Both the position numbers and the translations under genes were made by a program. The notes beneath the pieces were generated by a model. That model saw only the letters and a program-made list of their open reading frames with translations. It had not been told where the DNA came from and did no database searches. From Intrasporangiaceae bacterium (lineage in GTDB: Bacteria; Actinomycetota; Actinomycetes; Actinomycetales; Dermatophilaceae), in NCBI GenBank assembly GCA_012838445.1, contig DUPF01000277.1, forward strand, positions 63 to 64,062: a stretch of DNA of 64,000 nt, written 5' to 3'. Every line of letters starts with the position of its first letter. The stretch's first letter is position 1. Below, piece by piece: positions 25,829-36,494 of the stretch.

Positions 25829-26343
25829 TCGGGCTCCTTCTGCTGGCGGGGGTGTCGGGGTTTGCGCCGACGTGGCAGGGACTCCCCGGCGGGGCGACCG
25901 GAGGAGCGTTCGTGGTCGAGCGCGCCCTGGAGGATCAGGACCGCAGCAGCCTGATCGACGACAGCGCGCCGCCCGCGTTCGCGCAGTCCGCTTGCTTCCA
26001 GCTGTCGATGGGCGCTGACCGTGGTCAGGCGCTCGTCGATGAGCCGGACGGGGACAGGCCGGACCAGCGAGGCGAGAGCCTGAGCATAACCGCGGGCAGC
26101 CTGTGCTGCGGGGCCTTCGTCCCCACGAAGTGTTCGCGGCAGGCCGATATAGACACAGGTGACCTCCCGATCCGTGACGAGGGCCGCGACGGCGTCGGTG
26201 TCCTCCGGCGGCACCGTCGTGACCGGGTGGGCGAGGATCCCGTCGGGGTCGCTGAGCGCGATCCCGACCCGCACCGAGCCGACATCGATGCCCATCCGCA
26301 CCCCGTCCGGGGCCGGAGGGGTCCGGTCAGTCGGCGAGCTCAC
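25825..26343 (-). CDS. ruvX: Pre-16S rRNA nuclease / Holliday junction resolvase-like YqgF
   Basis: [35 protein letters not shown]. Start approximate. Confidence 0.93.
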   Translation of the reverse strand: MSSPTDRTPPAPDGVRMGIDVGSVRVGIALSDPDGILAHPVTTVPPEDTDAVAALVTDREVTCVYIGLPRTLRGDEGPAAQAARGYAQALASLVRPVPVRLIDERLTTVSAHRQLEASGLRERGRRAVVDQAAAVLILQGALDHERSSGRPAGESLPRRRKPRHPRQQKEPE

Positions 26344-29026
26344 CGACGCGCCACTCGATGGCCGCCAGGGCCTCGGTCGTGGCTTCGGCATTGCTCCCGC
26401 CGCCCTGGGCGAGGTCGTCCTTGCCGCCGCCTCCGCCGCCGAGCTGCTGGGCGGCGATGCGCACCAGTTCCCCGGCCTTGATGCCGCGACCGCGGGCCGC
26501 CTCGTTCGTCGCGACGACGACGACCGGACGGCCGCCCTTGGTGCCGGTGACCGCGACGACGACGGGCCGGTCGGTGCCGAGTCGGCCCCGGGCGTCGAGG
26601 ACCATCGCGCGCACCTCGTCGGCACCGGCCTCGGCTCCGGCGTCGTGACCGAGGAAACGGACGGCGCCGACGTCGCGGGTCGCGTCGGTGAGTCGTGCGG
26701 CAGCGGCCAGGACCTGCTCCTTGCGGAGCTTGTCGAGGTCGCGTTCGGCCTCCTTGAGTCGGGTGATCATCGTCGAGATCCGCTCGGGCAGCTCCTCGGG
26801 GCGGGCCTTGAGCATCTCCCCCAGCTGCCCGACGATCGCCTTCTCGCGGGCGAGGAAGGAGTATGCGTCGGCTCCGACGAGCGCTTCGACGCGCCGCACC
26901 CCGGAGCCGATGGAGGATTCGCCGAGGAGGGTGACCAGACCGAGCTGGGTGGTGCGCTCGGCGTGGGTGCCGCCGCAGAGTTCCTTGGCCCACTCGCCGA
27001 CGGAGATGACGCGCACCTCATCGCCGTACTTCTCGCCGAACATCGCCATCGCGCCGATCTCGCGGGCCTCGGCCTGGGACATCACGTCCGCGGAGACGGC
27101 GAGGTCCTCGAGGAGGATCGCGTTGACGCGCTGTTCGACGTCGCGCAGCACCGACGGCGGCACCGCGGAGGTCGCCTTGAAGTCGAACCGGAACCGGCCC
27201 GGGGAGTTCTCCGACCCGGCCTGGGTCGCGGTCTCGCCGAGGGCCTCGCGAATCGCCTTGTGCACCATGTGGGTTGCCGTGTGGGCGCGGGAGATGGAGC
27301 GGCGGCGTTCGATGTCGACGAGGGCGTGGGTGATCTCCCCGGTGTGCACCTCGCCGGAGACGACGGTCGCCTTGTGGACGATGAGTCCGGTGATCGGTGA
27401 CTGGACGTCGCGGACCTCGATGACGGCACCGCCGCCGAGTTGGAGCAGTCCGCCGTCGGCGAGCTGTCCACCGCCCTCGGCGTAGAAGGGGGTCCGGTCG
27501 AGGACGACCTCGATCTCGTCACCGGCCCAGGCGGACCCGACGGGCGCGCCCTCGCGGATCAGGCCGGCGATGCGGGCCTCGCTGCTCACCTCGTCGTATC
27601 CGGTGAACTCGACCGGGCGGCCGAGCATGTCGGCGATCTCGCGGTAGGCCCCGGTCCCGCCGTGTCCGACCTTCTTGGCCATTGCGTCGGCCTTGGCCCG
27701 GTCCCGCTGCTCCTGCATCAGGCGGGTGAAGCCCTCCCGGTCCACCGACAGGCCCTGCTCGGCAGCCATCTCGAGGGTCAGGTCGATGGGGAAGCCGTAG
27801 GTGTCGTGCAGTTGGAAGGCCCGCTCCCCGGACAGGACGCTCGAACCGCCCTGCTTGGTCTCGGCGACGGCGGTGTCGAGAATCGTGGTCCCGGAGGCGA
27901 GGGTGCGCCGGAAGGCCTCCTCCTCGGCGTAGGCGATGGCGCTGATCCGCTCCCAGTCCGCCTCGAGCTCCGGATAACTCTGCTGCATCCGTTCCAGCGA
28001 GATCGGGAGCAGTTCGGGCAGGCACGGGTCGCGGTAGCCGAGGATCCGCATCGCGCGCACCGACCGGCGCAGCATCCGGCGCAGCACGTAGCCGCGGCCC
28101 TCGTTGGACGGGGTGACCCCGTCCCCGATGAGCATGAGCGAGGACCGGATGTGGTCGGCGACGACCCGGAGGTGGACGTCGTCGGGGTGGGACTCGGAGG
28201 CCGCCTGACCGGACCGGGCGCCGTAGGTCTTCCCGGTCATCTCGGCGGCCCGGGCCAGGACCGGGTAGACCTCGTCGATCTCGTACATGTTGTCGACGCC
28301 CTGGAGCAGGCTGGCCATCCGCTCCAGACCCATCCCGGTGTCGATGTTCTTGTGCGGCAGGTCGCCGAGGATGTCGAAGTCGACCTTGGAGCGGACCTCG
28401 CCGAGCTCGTGCTGCATGAACACGAGGTTCCAGTACTCGAGGAAGCGGTCCTCGTCGACGGCCGGGCCGCCCTCGGGTCCGTACTCCGGGCCGCGGTCGT
28501 AGTAGATCTCGCTGCACGGTCCCCCGGGGCCGGGAACCCCCATGTGCCAGTAGTTGTCCGCCTTGCCGCGGCGCACGATGCGCTCCATCGGGATGTCGGT
28601 CAGCTCGACCCACAGCTCGATGGCCTCCTCGTCGTCCTCGTAGACGGTCGCCCAGAGCCGGTCCCCGTCCAGGCCGAAGCCGCCGGACTCCTGGCTCGTC
28701 GTGGACAGGTCCCACGCGAGTTTGATGGCACCTTCCTTGAAGTAGTCCCCGAAGGAGAAGTTGCCGTTCATCTGGAAGAACGTGCCGTGCCGGGAGGTCT
28801 TGCCGACCTCCTCGATGTCCTGGGTGCGGACACACTTCTGCACACTCGTGGCCCGCTTCCACGGCGCGGACTCCTGGCCGAGGAAGTAGGGCTTGAACTG
28901 GACCATCCCGGCGTTGACGAACAGCAGGTTCGGGTCCTCGTGGATGAGCGGGGCAGAGGGCACCACGGCGTGACCGTTCTTCTCGAAGAAGGTCAGCCAG
29001 CGGCGGCGGATCTCTGCGGTTTCCAT
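26327..29026 (-). CDS. alaS: Alanine--tRNA ligase
   Basis: [46 protein letters not shown]. Confidence 0.99.
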   Translation of the reverse strand: METAEIRRRWLTFFEKNGHAVVPSAPLIHEDPNLLFVNAGMVQFKPYFLGQESAPWKRATSVQKCVRTQDIEEVGKTSRHGTFFQMNGNFSFGDYFKEGAIKLAWDLSTTSQESGGFGLDGDRLWATVYEDDEEAIELWVELTDIPMERIVRRGKADNYWHMGVPGPGGPCSEIYYDRGPEYGPEGGPAVDEDRFLEYWNLVFMQHELGEVRSKVDFDILGDLPHKNIDTGMGLERMASLLQGVDNMYEIDEVYPVLARAAEMTGKTYGARSGQAASESHPDDVHLRVVADHIRSSLMLIGDGVTPSNEGRGYVLRRMLRRSVRAMRILGYRDPCLPELLPISLERMQQSYPELEADWERISAIAYAEEEAFRRTLASGTTILDTAVAETKQGGSSVLSGERAFQLHDTYGFPIDLTLEMAAEQGLSVDREGFTRLMQEQRDRAKADAMAKKVGHGGTGAYREIADMLGRPVEFTGYDEVSSEARIAGLIREGAPVGSAWAGDEIEVVLDRTPFYAEGGGQLADGGLLQLGGGAVIEVRDVQSPITGLIVHKATVVSGEVHTGEITHALVDIERRRSISRAHTATHMVHKAIREALGETATQAGSENSPGRFRFDFKATSAVPPSVLRDVEQRVNAILLEDLAVSADVMSQAEAREIGAMAMFGEKYGDEVRVISVGEWAKELCGGTHAERTTQLGLVTLLGESSIGSGVRRVEALVGADAYSFLAREKAIVGQLGEMLKARPEELPERISTMITRLKEAERDLDKLRKEQVLAAAARLTDATRDVGAVRFLGHDAGAEAGADEVRAMVLDARGRLGTDRPVVVAVTGTKGGRPVVVVATNEAARGRGIKAGELVRIAAQQLGGGGGGKDDLAQGGGSNAEATTEALAAIEWRVGELAD

Positions 29027-29198
29027 GAGTGGCTCTCGTTCCTGGGTCGGTCGGGTGGTCGGTGGTGGTCGGCCGGACGGCTCGGGTCACGATCGGGGGC
29101 AGGCTGCTCCCGCTGCGGCACCGGTGCTGCCGAACAAGCAGGGTATCGCGCTGGAGCGCGCGCCCGGGAACGCATTCCGCGCCCGCTATGGTGCCGCA

Positions 29199-29867
29199 AT
29201 GGGATCGCACCAACCTCGCCGGCGTCAGGAGCCGGTGCCGAGCACCGAGGGTGCCGCGCCGGACAGTGGGGAGCGGTTCACCCCGGACCGGGGCGTGACC
29301 GCCCAGATCCAGGAGGTCGCGGCCGCCCGCACCGCGGGATGGCGGCTCTGTGTCGAGCTGTTCTCCCCACCGACACCCGATTTCGCCGACCGGCTCCGGT
29401 CCGGGGACCTGCTGGCCGACCTGCGCGCCGCGGTCGCGTGGCTGGGCCCGGAGGCCGAGCGGTTCCTGCCCGTCGAGATGGTCCTCGACACGATCGTGCG
29501 CCGCTCCCGGCGGCGCACCCACGGCGAGGATCTGGACCAGTTCACCGACGCATACCGCACCCTGTGGCCGGAGGGGGTGGTGTGGCTGCCCCGGTTCGAG
29601 TGGATGGTCGAGGTCTGCGACGAGGAGGCCGACGCCTGGCGGCGGGGCGACCACGAGGCCGCCAAGGTGCTGCGGGTGGGTCAGCAGGAGTATCTCGAGA
29701 AGGAGCTCGTCCCCGACTTCCCGACCTGGGCGGGCGGAGTCGATGTCTCGACGACCGTCATGCTCTATCGGATCGCGGCCCGGTTCGTCGTGACCCATCT
29801 CTCGTTCGAGACCGGACGCGACTTCGAGCGGGCCATCTTCGGATCGAGTTCTCCGCTCGGCTGGTAG
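29199..29867 (+). CDS. TorD/DmsD-like redox enzyme maturation chaperone (divergent)
   Basis: All-helical pattern (AARxxxWRLxxELFxPP...YLEKELVPDFPTW...LYRIAARF); directly precedes a molybdoenzyme operon; TATGGT-N6-ATG leaderless start. Confidence 0.65.
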   Translation: MGSHQPRRRQEPVPSTEGAAPDSGERFTPDRGVTAQIQEVAAARTAGWRLCVELFSPPTPDFADRLRSGDLLADLRAAVAWLGPEAERFLPVEMVLDTIVRRSRRRTHGEDLDQFTDAYRTLWPEGVVWLPRFEWMVEVCDEEADAWRRGDHEAAKVLRVGQQEYLEKELVPDFPTWAGGVDVSTTVMLYRIAARFVVTHLSFETGRDFERAIFGSSSPLGW

Positions 29868-29904
29868 CCGGTCCGCCGACTCGACGACCCCGACGGACGA
29901 ACCG

Positions 29905-30035
29905 GGTGGCACCGGTCACAAAAAGGCTACGCGTAGTAAGCCACACCTTAGTGGAGACCTGATGGCGTCCTCAGATAGCCTGAAGTCTAAGCCAATTCAC
30001 TGATCCGCCCTGCGGGACAGGGCGTTGGAGGAGTG
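29905..30035 (+). promoter_or_regulatory. Promoter region of the reductase operon
   Basis: AT-richer stretch with CRP-like GGTGG-N6-TCACA, palindrome CTACGCGTAG, -10 TAGCCT, hairpin CGCCCTG/CAGGGCG and GGAGGAG SD. Confidence 0.45.
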
Positions 30036-30042
30036 CGCAGGC

Positions 30043-30720
30043 ATGACAAAGGTGGACGTGAGCATCCAGTCCCACACGGATGCGTCCAGTCCCCGCTGGG
30101 GCATGGTCATCGATCTACAGAAGTGCGTGGGATGTGACTCGTGCACCGTCGCGTGCAAGGCCGAGAACCGCACGCCGCCGGGGGTGAGCTACAACGTCGT
30201 CGTCGAGGAACACACCGGCACCTTCCCCAACGTCCGCCACGTCAACATCCCCCGACCGTGCATGCAGTGCGACAACCCGCCGTGCGTGGGTGTCTGCCCG
30301 GTCAACGCGACCTACAAGGCCACCGACGGCACCGTCGTCATCGACCACGACCGGTGCATCGGTTGCCGCTACTGCATCACCGCCTGTCCCTATGGGGCCC
30401 GCTCCTTCGACTTCGGGGAGAGCTACGACGACGAGATGCAGGCCGCCGGCGCCGTGCAGGCACCCGAGTGGGGCGTCGACCACGGCGAGCGGGAGGGGAT
30501 GCGCACCCCGATCGGGACGGTGCGCAAGTGCACCTTCTGTATGCATCGCACCGCCCGCGGTGAGGAACCCGCCTGCTGCGAGACGTGCATCGGCGATGCG
30601 CGCCTCTTCGGCGACCTCAACGATCCCGAGAGTGTCGTCTCCAAACTTGCCGCGTCTCCGAGGGCCTTCCGGCTCCGCGAGGAGATGGGCACCGCCCCCC
30701 GCGTCTACTACCTGCGCTGA
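30043..30720 (+). CDS. 4Fe-4S electron-transfer subunit, TtrB/SrdB/NrfC family
   Basis: [54 protein letters not shown]...PACCETC. Confidence 0.92.
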   Translation: MTKVDVSIQSHTDASSPRWGMVIDLQKCVGCDSCTVACKAENRTPPGVSYNVVVEEHTGTFPNVRHVNIPRPCMQCDNPPCVGVCPVNATYKATDGTVVIDHDRCIGCRYCITACPYGARSFDFGESYDDEMQAAGAVQAPEWGVDHGEREGMRTPIGTVRKCTFCMHRTARGEEPACCETCIGDARLFGDLNDPESVVSKLAASPRAFRLREEMGTAPRVYYLR

Positions 30721-30734
30721 GGAGGGCAGCGACG

Positions 30735-32072
30735 ATGACGACCAACGACTCGACGACCACAGACCTCACCACAACCAGCACACCGTCAGCCGCGGACACC
30801 CCGGAGCGGGAGTCCTGGCTGGACCGGCTCCGGCGCGGCAGCCGCACCGAGGAGCCGTTCCTGCACAACCCCCAGCGCACCATCTGGTACGCGGTGCTCT
30901 TCCTCGCCCTCATCGTCGGCTCCTGGGCGGTGTGGAACCGGTTGACCATCGGGTTGGCCGCCACCGACCTGACGAGCCAGATGCCGTGGGGCGCCTGGGT
31001 CGCGTTCTACATCTACTTCGTCGGCCTCTCCGCCGGCGCATTCCTGCTGTCCTCCCTCGTCTACGTCTTCGGGATGTACCAGTTCGAGCGGATCGGCCGG
31101 ATGGCGCTGCTCTCGGCGATCGTGTCGATGGGTGTCGCGCTGGCCTTCATCGGCTCGGACCTGGGCAAGATGGAGCGCGCCCCGACGACGGTGCTGCACT
31201 TCCACTGGACCAGCCCACTGTCGTGGGAGGTGCGGTTCTACACCATCTACATCGTGCTGCTCATCGCCGAGCTGACGATCGCGCTGCGGCTGCACAAGGG
31301 CCTGGTCCGTTCCGTCGACAACGCCCACAAGTGGATGCGGATCCTCGGCACGATCGGTGTCCCGCTCGCGATCTTCGGCGTGCACGGCGGCACCGGGACG
31401 ATCTTCGCGGTCGTCAAGGCCCGCGGCATGTGGGCCGGTGGCCTGTTCCCCGTGATCTTCGTCGTCAGTGCCATCGTGTCCGGAACGGCCCTGCTGACCC
31501 TCATCTACTACTGGCAGCGGCGCGGGGTGGGTCGTCGCCCGGATCCGAAGCTGCTGAGCAACCTCGGCATCGTGCTCGCCGGTGCGCTCGGCATCGACCT
31601 CGGCCTGACGTTCTACGAGTTCATCGTCCCGCTCCTGGCCTTCCAGTTCCACGAGACCGACGTCATCGCCGTCATCACCCTCGGCCCCATGTGGTGGACC
31701 TTCTGGATCGTCCAACTCGGGGTGGGCATGGTCATCCCCTTCATCATCCTCGTCACCCGGCTGCGACAACGGGCGGCCTGGGTGATCGCGGCCTGCTTCA
31801 TGGTCGTCGTCGGCATTCTCGGGGTGCGGTTCAACATCGTCGTCCCACCGCTGATCACGCCCGTCATCGAGGGCTACCCCGTCAACACCTACGTTCCGAC
31901 CTTCACCGAGTGGGGCCTGTCGATGTTCATCATCGCCGGCGGTGCCCTCGCCTACAGCCTGCTCTCGGAGTTGTTCCCGATCCACGAACCCACCCCGGAG
32001 GAGGCCCGCACCGAACCCCTTCTCGATGCGGCCGCAGCCCCCGCAGCAGAGCGTGAGCGGGTGGCGTCATGA
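30735..32072 (+). CDS. NrfD/PsrC/TtrC family membrane anchor
   Basis: PWGAWVAFYIYFVGLSAG, SDLGK..R, SPLSWE, many TM helices, RFNIVVP. Confidence 0.9.
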   Translation: MTTNDSTTTDLTTTSTPSAADTPERESWLDRLRRGSRTEEPFLHNPQRTIWYAVLFLALIVGSWAVWNRLTIGLAATDLTSQMPWGAWVAFYIYFVGLSAGAFLLSSLVYVFGMYQFERIGRMALLSAIVSMGVALAFIGSDLGKMERAPTTVLHFHWTSPLSWEVRFYTIYIVLLIAELTIALRLHKGLVRSVDNAHKWMRILGTIGVPLAIFGVHGGTGTIFAVVKARGMWAGGLFPVIFVVSAIVSGTALLTLIYYWQRRGVGRRPDPKLLSNLGIVLAGALGIDLGLTFYEFIVPLLAFQFHETDVIAVITLGPMWWTFWIVQLGVGMVIPFIILVTRLRQRAAWVIAACFMVVVGILGVRFNIVVPPLITPVIEGYPVNTYVPTFTEWGLSMFIIAGGALAYSLLSELFPIHEPTPEEARTEPLLDAAAAPAAERERVAS

Positions 32073-35000
32073 CCACCAAGGAGACCCCGATGCCCGAGCC
32101 GGAGCCGAGCACCGAGCCCACCACCGACGCACCGGTCCAGACGGACCCCGAGGCGGAGAACACCTCCGCCGAAGGTCCTCGTCGCCGTTCGGTGCTCGCC
32201 GGCACCGCTGCCGGCGTCGCCGGTGCTGCCGCGATCGGATTCATGTGGCGGGACGGGTTCGGTGACCCGTTCACCCAGCCCACCGCGCACGGCACCGGAC
32301 CGCTCGACGACGCGTACGAGGCCGATGACGTCATCTACTCGATGTGCATGCAGTGCAACACGTTCTGCACCATCAAGGTCCGGCTCACCGAGAGCCCTGA
32401 CGATGTGCCCGCGACGTCCCTCGTCCGCAAGATCGCCGGCAACCCCTACAGCCCGCTGACGACCCAGCCGATCGGGCCGATCCCCTACGACACCACTCCC
32501 GAGCACGCGGTGCGCGGCATCGGCAACATGGCCCGGGACGCCAAGTCCCGCAGCGGCGGCATCGCCTGCCTGAAGGGTCAGGCCGGCATCCAGGTCGTCC
32601 ACGACGCCAAGCGGATCACCGCACCCCTGAAGCGGGTCGGCGAGCGCGGCAGCGGCAAGTGGGTCTCGATCACCTGGGAGGAGGCGCTGCGCGACATCCT
32701 CGACGGATCCGACCTCGGCACCCCCGGGCTGCGGGAGTGGTGGGCCTACGCCCCGCAGGAGCCGGTCATGGCCGACTGGGAGAAGGTCACCTCCGGGGAG
32801 ATGACCCAGGACGAGTTCACCGCCGCCTGGGGCGACAAGCTCATCGACCCCACCCGTCCCGAACTCGGCCCGAAGTCGAACCTGTTCGCCATGATCGGCG
32901 GCGACCGCATGTATCTCATGGGGCAACGGTTCGGGCTGAAGTCCCTCGGCACGATCAACCAGTTCAACCACGGTGGCACCTGTGGTGTGACCGGTGTGGT
33001 CGCCAACGCGCAGAGCCACCCGACGAGCGGGTTCCAGCGGATGTACGCCGACATCGACTACTGCCGCTACCTCATCGTCTGGGGCACCGAGCCGCTCACC
33101 GCGCAGAAGGGCCCGACCTGGCTCGCACCGCGCATCGGCAAGGCCCGTGAGCACGGCATGAAGATGGTCGTCATCGACCCGCGCATGTCGAAGACCGCCG
33201 AGAAGGCGGACACGTGGGTGCCGGTCAAACCGGGGCACGACGCCGAGTTGGCCTTCGCGTTGGTCCGCTGGATCATCGACAACGAGCGCTACGACGAGCG
33301 CTACCTGCGGGCCCCTGGTGCGCCCGCCGCCGAGGCGATCGGCGAACCGACGTGGACCGATGCCACGCACCTGATCAAGGTGGACGATCCGCGCCGGCAG
33401 CCGCTCAGTCTCCTCGACCTCGGCCTGGCCGAGGACCCGGGCACGGACGAGGACGGCAAACCGATCGACCCGGAGCGGGCGGTGCTCGTCGACGGGCAGA
33501 TCGTCGGCGCGGACACCACGATCGAGCAGGCCGACCTGTACGTCGACACCGAGATCGCCGGCCCCGAGGGTCCGATCCGGGTCCGGTCGGTCTTCGCGAT
33601 GGTCACCGAGCGGGTCCGGGAGCGGTCCGTCGAGGAGTATGCGACGGCTGCGGGCGTCGATGTCGGCACCGTCGAGCAGATCGGGACCGACTTCACCTCC
33701 CACGGCAAACAGGCCGTCGTCATGAGCTATCGCGGACCGGCGATGCACTCCAACGGTTTCCGGGCGATCCAGGCGATCAACTACCTCAACTTCCTCGTCG
33801 GCAACCACGACTGGAAGGGCGGGCACATGGCCTCGGAGCGCAAGTTCGCCCCGATGATGGGTCGTTACGACCTGACGGCCGTGCCCGGTGCGAACAAGGC
33901 GTGGGGCATCCCGATCACCCGGGAGAAGACCCGCTACGAGCAGACCTCGTTCTTCGAGGAGGACGGCTACCCGGCCAAGCGGCGCTGGTACCCCTTCCCC
34001 GGCAACCTCTGCCACGAGGTCATCCCGAGCGCTGCGCAGGGCTACCCCTACTCCCTCAACGCCCTGTTCATGCACCGGCACAGTCCGCTCAACTCCTCGC
34101 CGGGCGCGCACCGGCAGGCGCGTGACCTGCAGGACACCGAGAAGATCAAACTCGTCGTCTGCTTCGAGACCACGATCGGTGACACGGCCGTCTACGCCGA
34201 CTACATCCTGCCGGACGTCACCTACCTCGAGCGGTTCTCCCACGAGTCGGTCTACCCGAGTCAGCAGTACCGCCTCACCCAGTTGGGCCAGCCGACGACC
34301 CGCGCCTTCGAGGGCCCCCGCCCGGTCGAGGAGTTCTACCTCGAACTGGCCAAGGAGATGGGCCTTCCCGGTGTCGGGACCGACGCTTTCGGTCCGGGTG
34401 CGCACTTCGACACCTACGAGGACTACTGGCTGAAGATGGCGGCCAACACCGCCTTCGCCGGCGACAACCCGGTCCCGGACGCCTCCGCCGAGGAGCAGGA
34501 GTTGTTCGTCCGGACCCGGGAGAAGGCCCTCGGTGCGCACTTCGACGAGGCCCGCTGGAAGGCCGCGGTGACCGAGGAGGAGTGGCCCAAGGTCGTCTAC
34601 GTCCTCAACCGTGGCGGCCGTTTCGACGGGCACGACAAGGGGTACGAGGGCGATTGGCTGCTGCACCGCTACGCGGGGATGTGCGCCTTCTACGCCAACA
34701 AGGTCGCCACGGCGAAGGACTCCTACTCCGGGGAGAGTTTCGACGGCCTGGCCTACATCGACGAGCCGCGGCGCTTCGACGGCAGTCCGCTGCCGAAGAG
34801 CGGTCCGCTGATCTTCAGCAACTGGAAGTCCCGGCACCAGGGCACCTACCGGACCGTCAACTCGGCCTGGCTGCGTGAGGTGCGTCCGTCGAACTTCGTG
34901 TGGGTCAACAGCATCGACGCCCGCGCCCGCGGGATCGAGACCGGCGACCGGGTGCGGATCACGAGTGGGTCCGGTGAGGCCGAGGGTGTGGCCATGGTCA

Positions 35001-35302
35001 TCGAGGGGATCCGTCCCGGCGTCATCGGCGCCGAGTCGGCCTTCGGACACCGGCGCGGCTACTTCTCCGAGGACATCGAGATCGACGGTGAGGTCGTGCG
35101 GGCCGCGAAGGCCTACGGACACGCCCGGTCCTTCGAGGTCACCCCGATGCACGAGGAGACCGGCTTCGGCGGGGACCGCGCCGAGGGCTTCCCGGTCAAC
35201 TTCCTCGTCGACGAGGACGTCACCGGCGCCGGTGGCGTCACCGACCCGGTCGGTGGCGGTGCCGCGCAGTTGCTCACCTGGGTCGAGCTGACCAAGGTCT
35301 GA
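32069..35302 (+). CDS. Molybdopterin oxidoreductase catalytic subunit, TtrA/SrdA clade, Tat-exported
   Basis: RRRSVL Tat motif, CMQCNTFC...CLKG FS0 cluster, KIAGNPYSP, PLKRVGERGSGKW, HGGTCG, YADYILPDVTYLERF; 1077 aa. Confidence 0.9.
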   Translation: MTTKETPMPEPEPSTEPTTDAPVQTDPEAENTSAEGPRRRSVLAGTAAGVAGAAAIGFMWRDGFGDPFTQPTAHGTGPLDDAYEADDVIYSMCMQCNTFCTIKVRLTESPDDVPATSLVRKIAGNPYSPLTTQPIGPIPYDTTPEHAVRGIGNMARDAKSRSGGIACLKGQAGIQVVHDAKRITAPLKRVGERGSGKWVSITWEEALRDILDGSDLGTPGLREWWAYAPQEPVMADWEKVTSGEMTQDEFTAAWGDKLIDPTRPELGPKSNLFAMIGGDRMYLMGQRFGLKSLGTINQFNHGGTCGVTGVVANAQSHPTSGFQRMYADIDYCRYLIVWGTEPLTAQKGPTWLAPRIGKAREHGMKMVVIDPRMSKTAEKADTWVPVKPGHDAELAFALVRWIIDNERYDERYLRAPGAPAAEAIGEPTWTDATHLIKVDDPRRQPLSLLDLGLAEDPGTDEDGKPIDPERAVLVDGQIVGADTTIEQADLYVDTEIAGPEGPIRVRSVFAMVTERVRERSVEEYATAAGVDVGTVEQIGTDFTSHGKQAVVMSYRGPAMHSNGFRAIQAINYLNFLVGNHDWKGGHMASERKFAPMMGRYDLTAVPGANKAWGIPITREKTRYEQTSFFEEDGYPAKRRWYPFPGNLCHEVIPSAAQGYPYSLNALFMHRHSPLNSSPGAHRQARDLQDTEKIKLVVCFETTIGDTAVYADYILPDVTYLERFSHESVYPSQQYRLTQLGQPTTRAFEGPRPVEEFYLELAKEMGLPGVGTDAFGPGAHFDTYEDYWLKMAANTAFAGDNPVPDASAEEQELFVRTREKALGAHFDEARWKAAVTEEEWPKVVYVLNRGGRFDGHDKGYEGDWLLHRYAGMCAFYANKVATAKDSYSGESFDGLAYIDEPRRFDGSPLPKSGPLIFSNWKSRHQGTYRTVNSAWLREVRPSNFVWVNSIDARARGIETGDRVRITSGSGEAEGVAMVIEGIRPGVIGAESAFGHRRGYFSEDIEIDGEVVRAAKAYGHARSFEVTPMHEETGFGGDRAEGFPVNFLVDEDVTGAGGVTDPVGGGAAQLLTWVELTKV

Positions 35303-35310
35303 GGCAGCCG

Positions 35311-36489
35311 ATGCTGCGGGCCGTTCCGCAGGTCCTCCAGGCCCTGCAGTCGCTGCGCCGCGTCGCCGAGATCGACGCGTCGCGGTGCACGAGACGGCAC
35401 GACTCGGGGTGTTCGGCCTGTGTCCTCACCTGCCCGCAGCAGGCGCTGGCGACCGGAGCACCGCATACCGCGCCCGAGGTCGACCCGGTGGCCTGCATCG
35501 GCTGCGGGGTGTGCGTGCCGGCCTGCCCGACCGACGCCGTCGGCGGGGTCGGGACACCCCCGGAGTGGATCGTCGGGGAGGCGGTGGCCGAGCCGGAGTC
35601 GTTGACGATCCGCTGCGGCGCCCTCGGGTCCGGCCCGGCGGACCGGTCGCGCTCGCAGGACGCGGAGCAGTTGCAGCTCGTGTGCCTGGCGGCGCTGCAC
35701 CCGGAGACGATCGCCGCGACCGCGGCCCGGCTGGACCCGGGCGGGACGGTGGCGCTCGAGCACGCCGACTGCGACTCCTGCCCGATCGGCGCCGCGGACC
35801 AGGTCGACGAGATCACCTCACTCGGGGCCGCGCTCGCTGCCCGGATCGCCCCCGACCGGACCGTCGAGGTCCGCGAGCGCACTCCCCCGCCACCGGATCA
35901 GGCCGTCGGCCCCGGGCGGCGTCGGGTGCGCACCCCCCGCCGGACCGGCCCCTCGCCCCGGTTCAGCCGCCGCTCCCTGCTGCGGGCCTCGTGGGAGCCG
36001 GACAGCGATCCGGAACCGCAGGCGGCCTCGGAGTCGTCGACGGACCGGTCGCCGACGTTGAGCCAGGCCGGTGCGGTGACCGCTGCCCGTGGTGTCCTGC
36101 TCGCCGCCGCCGAGCAGTCCCCGCCCCTGCCGCGGCCCTACGCCGATCCCGGCTGCACCGCCTGCGAGGCGTGCAGCACGATCTGCCCGACGGACGCGCT
36201 CGGCTGGTCGCGCACCCAGCGGATGAGTGTCCTCAGCGTCGATCCGCAATCGTGCATCGACTGCGGGGAGTGCGTGCGGGTCTGCCCGGAGCAGATCCTC
36301 GCGCTCGGCTGCCCGGTGGACAGCGACGCCGGCGGAGCAGCGAGCGGGTTCCCGCAGATCGTCGCCCAGGTGCGCACCCCGGGCTGCAGCCGCTGCCGCG
36401 TCCCCCTGCAGGCCGGCGAACGTGACCTGTGCACCTCGTGCCTGACCCGCCGCGAGATGGCCGCCGACGTCTGGCGTCAGCTCGGCTGA
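35311..36489 (+). CDS. Polyferredoxin / 4Fe-4S dicluster protein
   Basis: Four CxxCxxxCP-type motifs (CSACVLTCP, CIGCGVCVPACP, CTACEACSTICP, CIDCGECVRVCP) plus C-terminal CxxC...CxxC. Confidence 0.85.
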   Translation: MLRAVPQVLQALQSLRRVAEIDASRCTRRHDSGCSACVLTCPQQALATGAPHTAPEVDPVACIGCGVCVPACPTDAVGGVGTPPEWIVGEAVAEPESLTIRCGALGSGPADRSRSQDAEQLQLVCLAALHPETIAATAARLDPGGTVALEHADCDSCPIGAADQVDEITSLGAALAARIAPDRTVEVRERTPPPPDQAVGPGRRRVRTPRRTGPSPRFSRRSLLRASWEPDSDPEPQAASESSTDRSPTLSQAGAVTAARGVLLAAAEQSPPLPRPYADPGCTACEACSTICPTDALGWSRTQRMSVLSVDPQSCIDCGECVRVCPEQILALGCPVDSDAGGAASGFPQIVAQVRTPGCSRCRVPLQAGERDLCTSCLTRREMAADVWRQLG

Positions 36490-36494
36490 CGACG

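Noticed and set aside
29027-29150. T-box or other riboswitch in the alaS leader
   Set aside because: Short leader with no T-box consensus recognisable.
32069-35302. Calling the enzyme ArrA/AioA because of the nearby ars genes, or assigning the ttrA symbol
   Set aside because: Size (1077 aa), B-C-A order and motifs favour the Ttr/Srd clade; the substrate cannot be fixed from sequence alone.
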